A stretch of 64,000 nt of DNA. It comes from Fonticula alba ATCC 38817. Lineage: Eukaryota; Protista; Nucleariida. Position 1 is the first letter of the stretch, and every line of letters begins with the position of its first letter. The DNA is taken from the NCBI GenBank assembly GCA_000388065.2, contig KB932209.1; one strand, 5' to 3'. Positions 63,701 to 64,000 of this stretch are shown here, piece by piece. The position numbers and the translations under genes are program-made. A model generated the notes under the pieces. That model worked only from the letters and a program-made list of their open reading frames with translations, did no database searches and was not told the DNA's origin.

Positions 63701-63776
63701 TCAGACGGGCCGGTGCCAGGAGCAAGCGAAGGGACGGGCGAGCAGAAGGCGAACCGATGTGGGCGTCGTCGGCCAT
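52177..63776 (-). CDS. ECM29: Proteasome adapter ECM29/ECPAS (HEAT repeats), many exons, expanded by low-complexity inserts
   Basis: MADDAHI/EIIDRISLSLSMATSDNEKYSKLLAGYLVSIL (ECM29 N-terminus); LVPLFVLCH...FDRTVRQ...LWASIMKAL; WVASLGEIVRGGIGVPARCGASQLI; LLGPHVPALMKPL; VFLGAHE...LWRGIWDD; RSWTARQTLVRALTSL. Internal exon boundaries only partly resolved. Confidence 0.85.
57644..57766. repeat. Two long homopolymers (C54 at 57644-57697, C32 at 57735-57766) inside an ECM29 intron (57547-57784)
   Basis: Visible; poly-G on the transcribed strand. Confidence 0.9.
59175..59515. repeat. Purine-rich minisatellite: 18-mer AA(C/T)AGGGAGAGGAAG(A/G)GG x8 (59175-59318), then GAGAGAA(A/G)-type repeats spanning an N gap
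   Basis: Visible; lies in ECM29 intron 59044-59533. Confidence 0.93.
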
Positions 63777-64000
63777 GGCGCGATGTGGGCGCAGGCGCGA
63801 GCGCGAGCGGTGAAGATCCGGAAAAGACGAGTGGGAGAGGGCAAAAGAAGGGGAGGGAGAGAGGGAGAAAGATGCAAGAAAGNNNNNNNNNNGGAGGGAC
63901 AGGGATGTGAGGGCTGTTCAGGACCCGGGGCTGCGGCGGGGCAGGTTTTGACAAGGCCCGGCCGTGAGGCACTCTAAGTTTGAGTGTCTACCCGGAACAG

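Overview
Gene-dense, GC-rich, intron-rich nuclear DNA from a unicellular eukaryote. Protein content and composition resemble an opisthokont such as Fonticula alba (inference, not verified). About 16 spliced or single-exon genes can be reconstructed with GT-AG introns: eEF1B-gamma, VAMP7, a RING-H2 ligase, AP-3 sigma, a TMEM128-like protein, NXF1/Mex67, a ~1700-aa coiled-coil protein, ECD/SGT1, a Cys-rich type I membrane protein, a 3'-incomplete CaMK1-like kinase, EAPP, PAK1IP1/MAK11, MCTS1, C1D-like, a multi-TM RING-H2 ligase, a small EGF+Sushi-like protein and ECM29. The best-supported hidden element is an intronic box H/ACA snoRNA in eEF1B-gamma whose two pockets match two conserved LSU rRNA pseudouridine sites (SNORA9-like). 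Also notable: a candidate GAS1/GFRalpha-like ectodomain on an MPR/ATG27-like tail, a kinase lacking its second half, and two Illumina adapter-linked duplications (artefacts). No CRISPR arrays, tRNAs, rRNAs or transposons were seen. Most long six-frame ORFs are GC-driven shadows.
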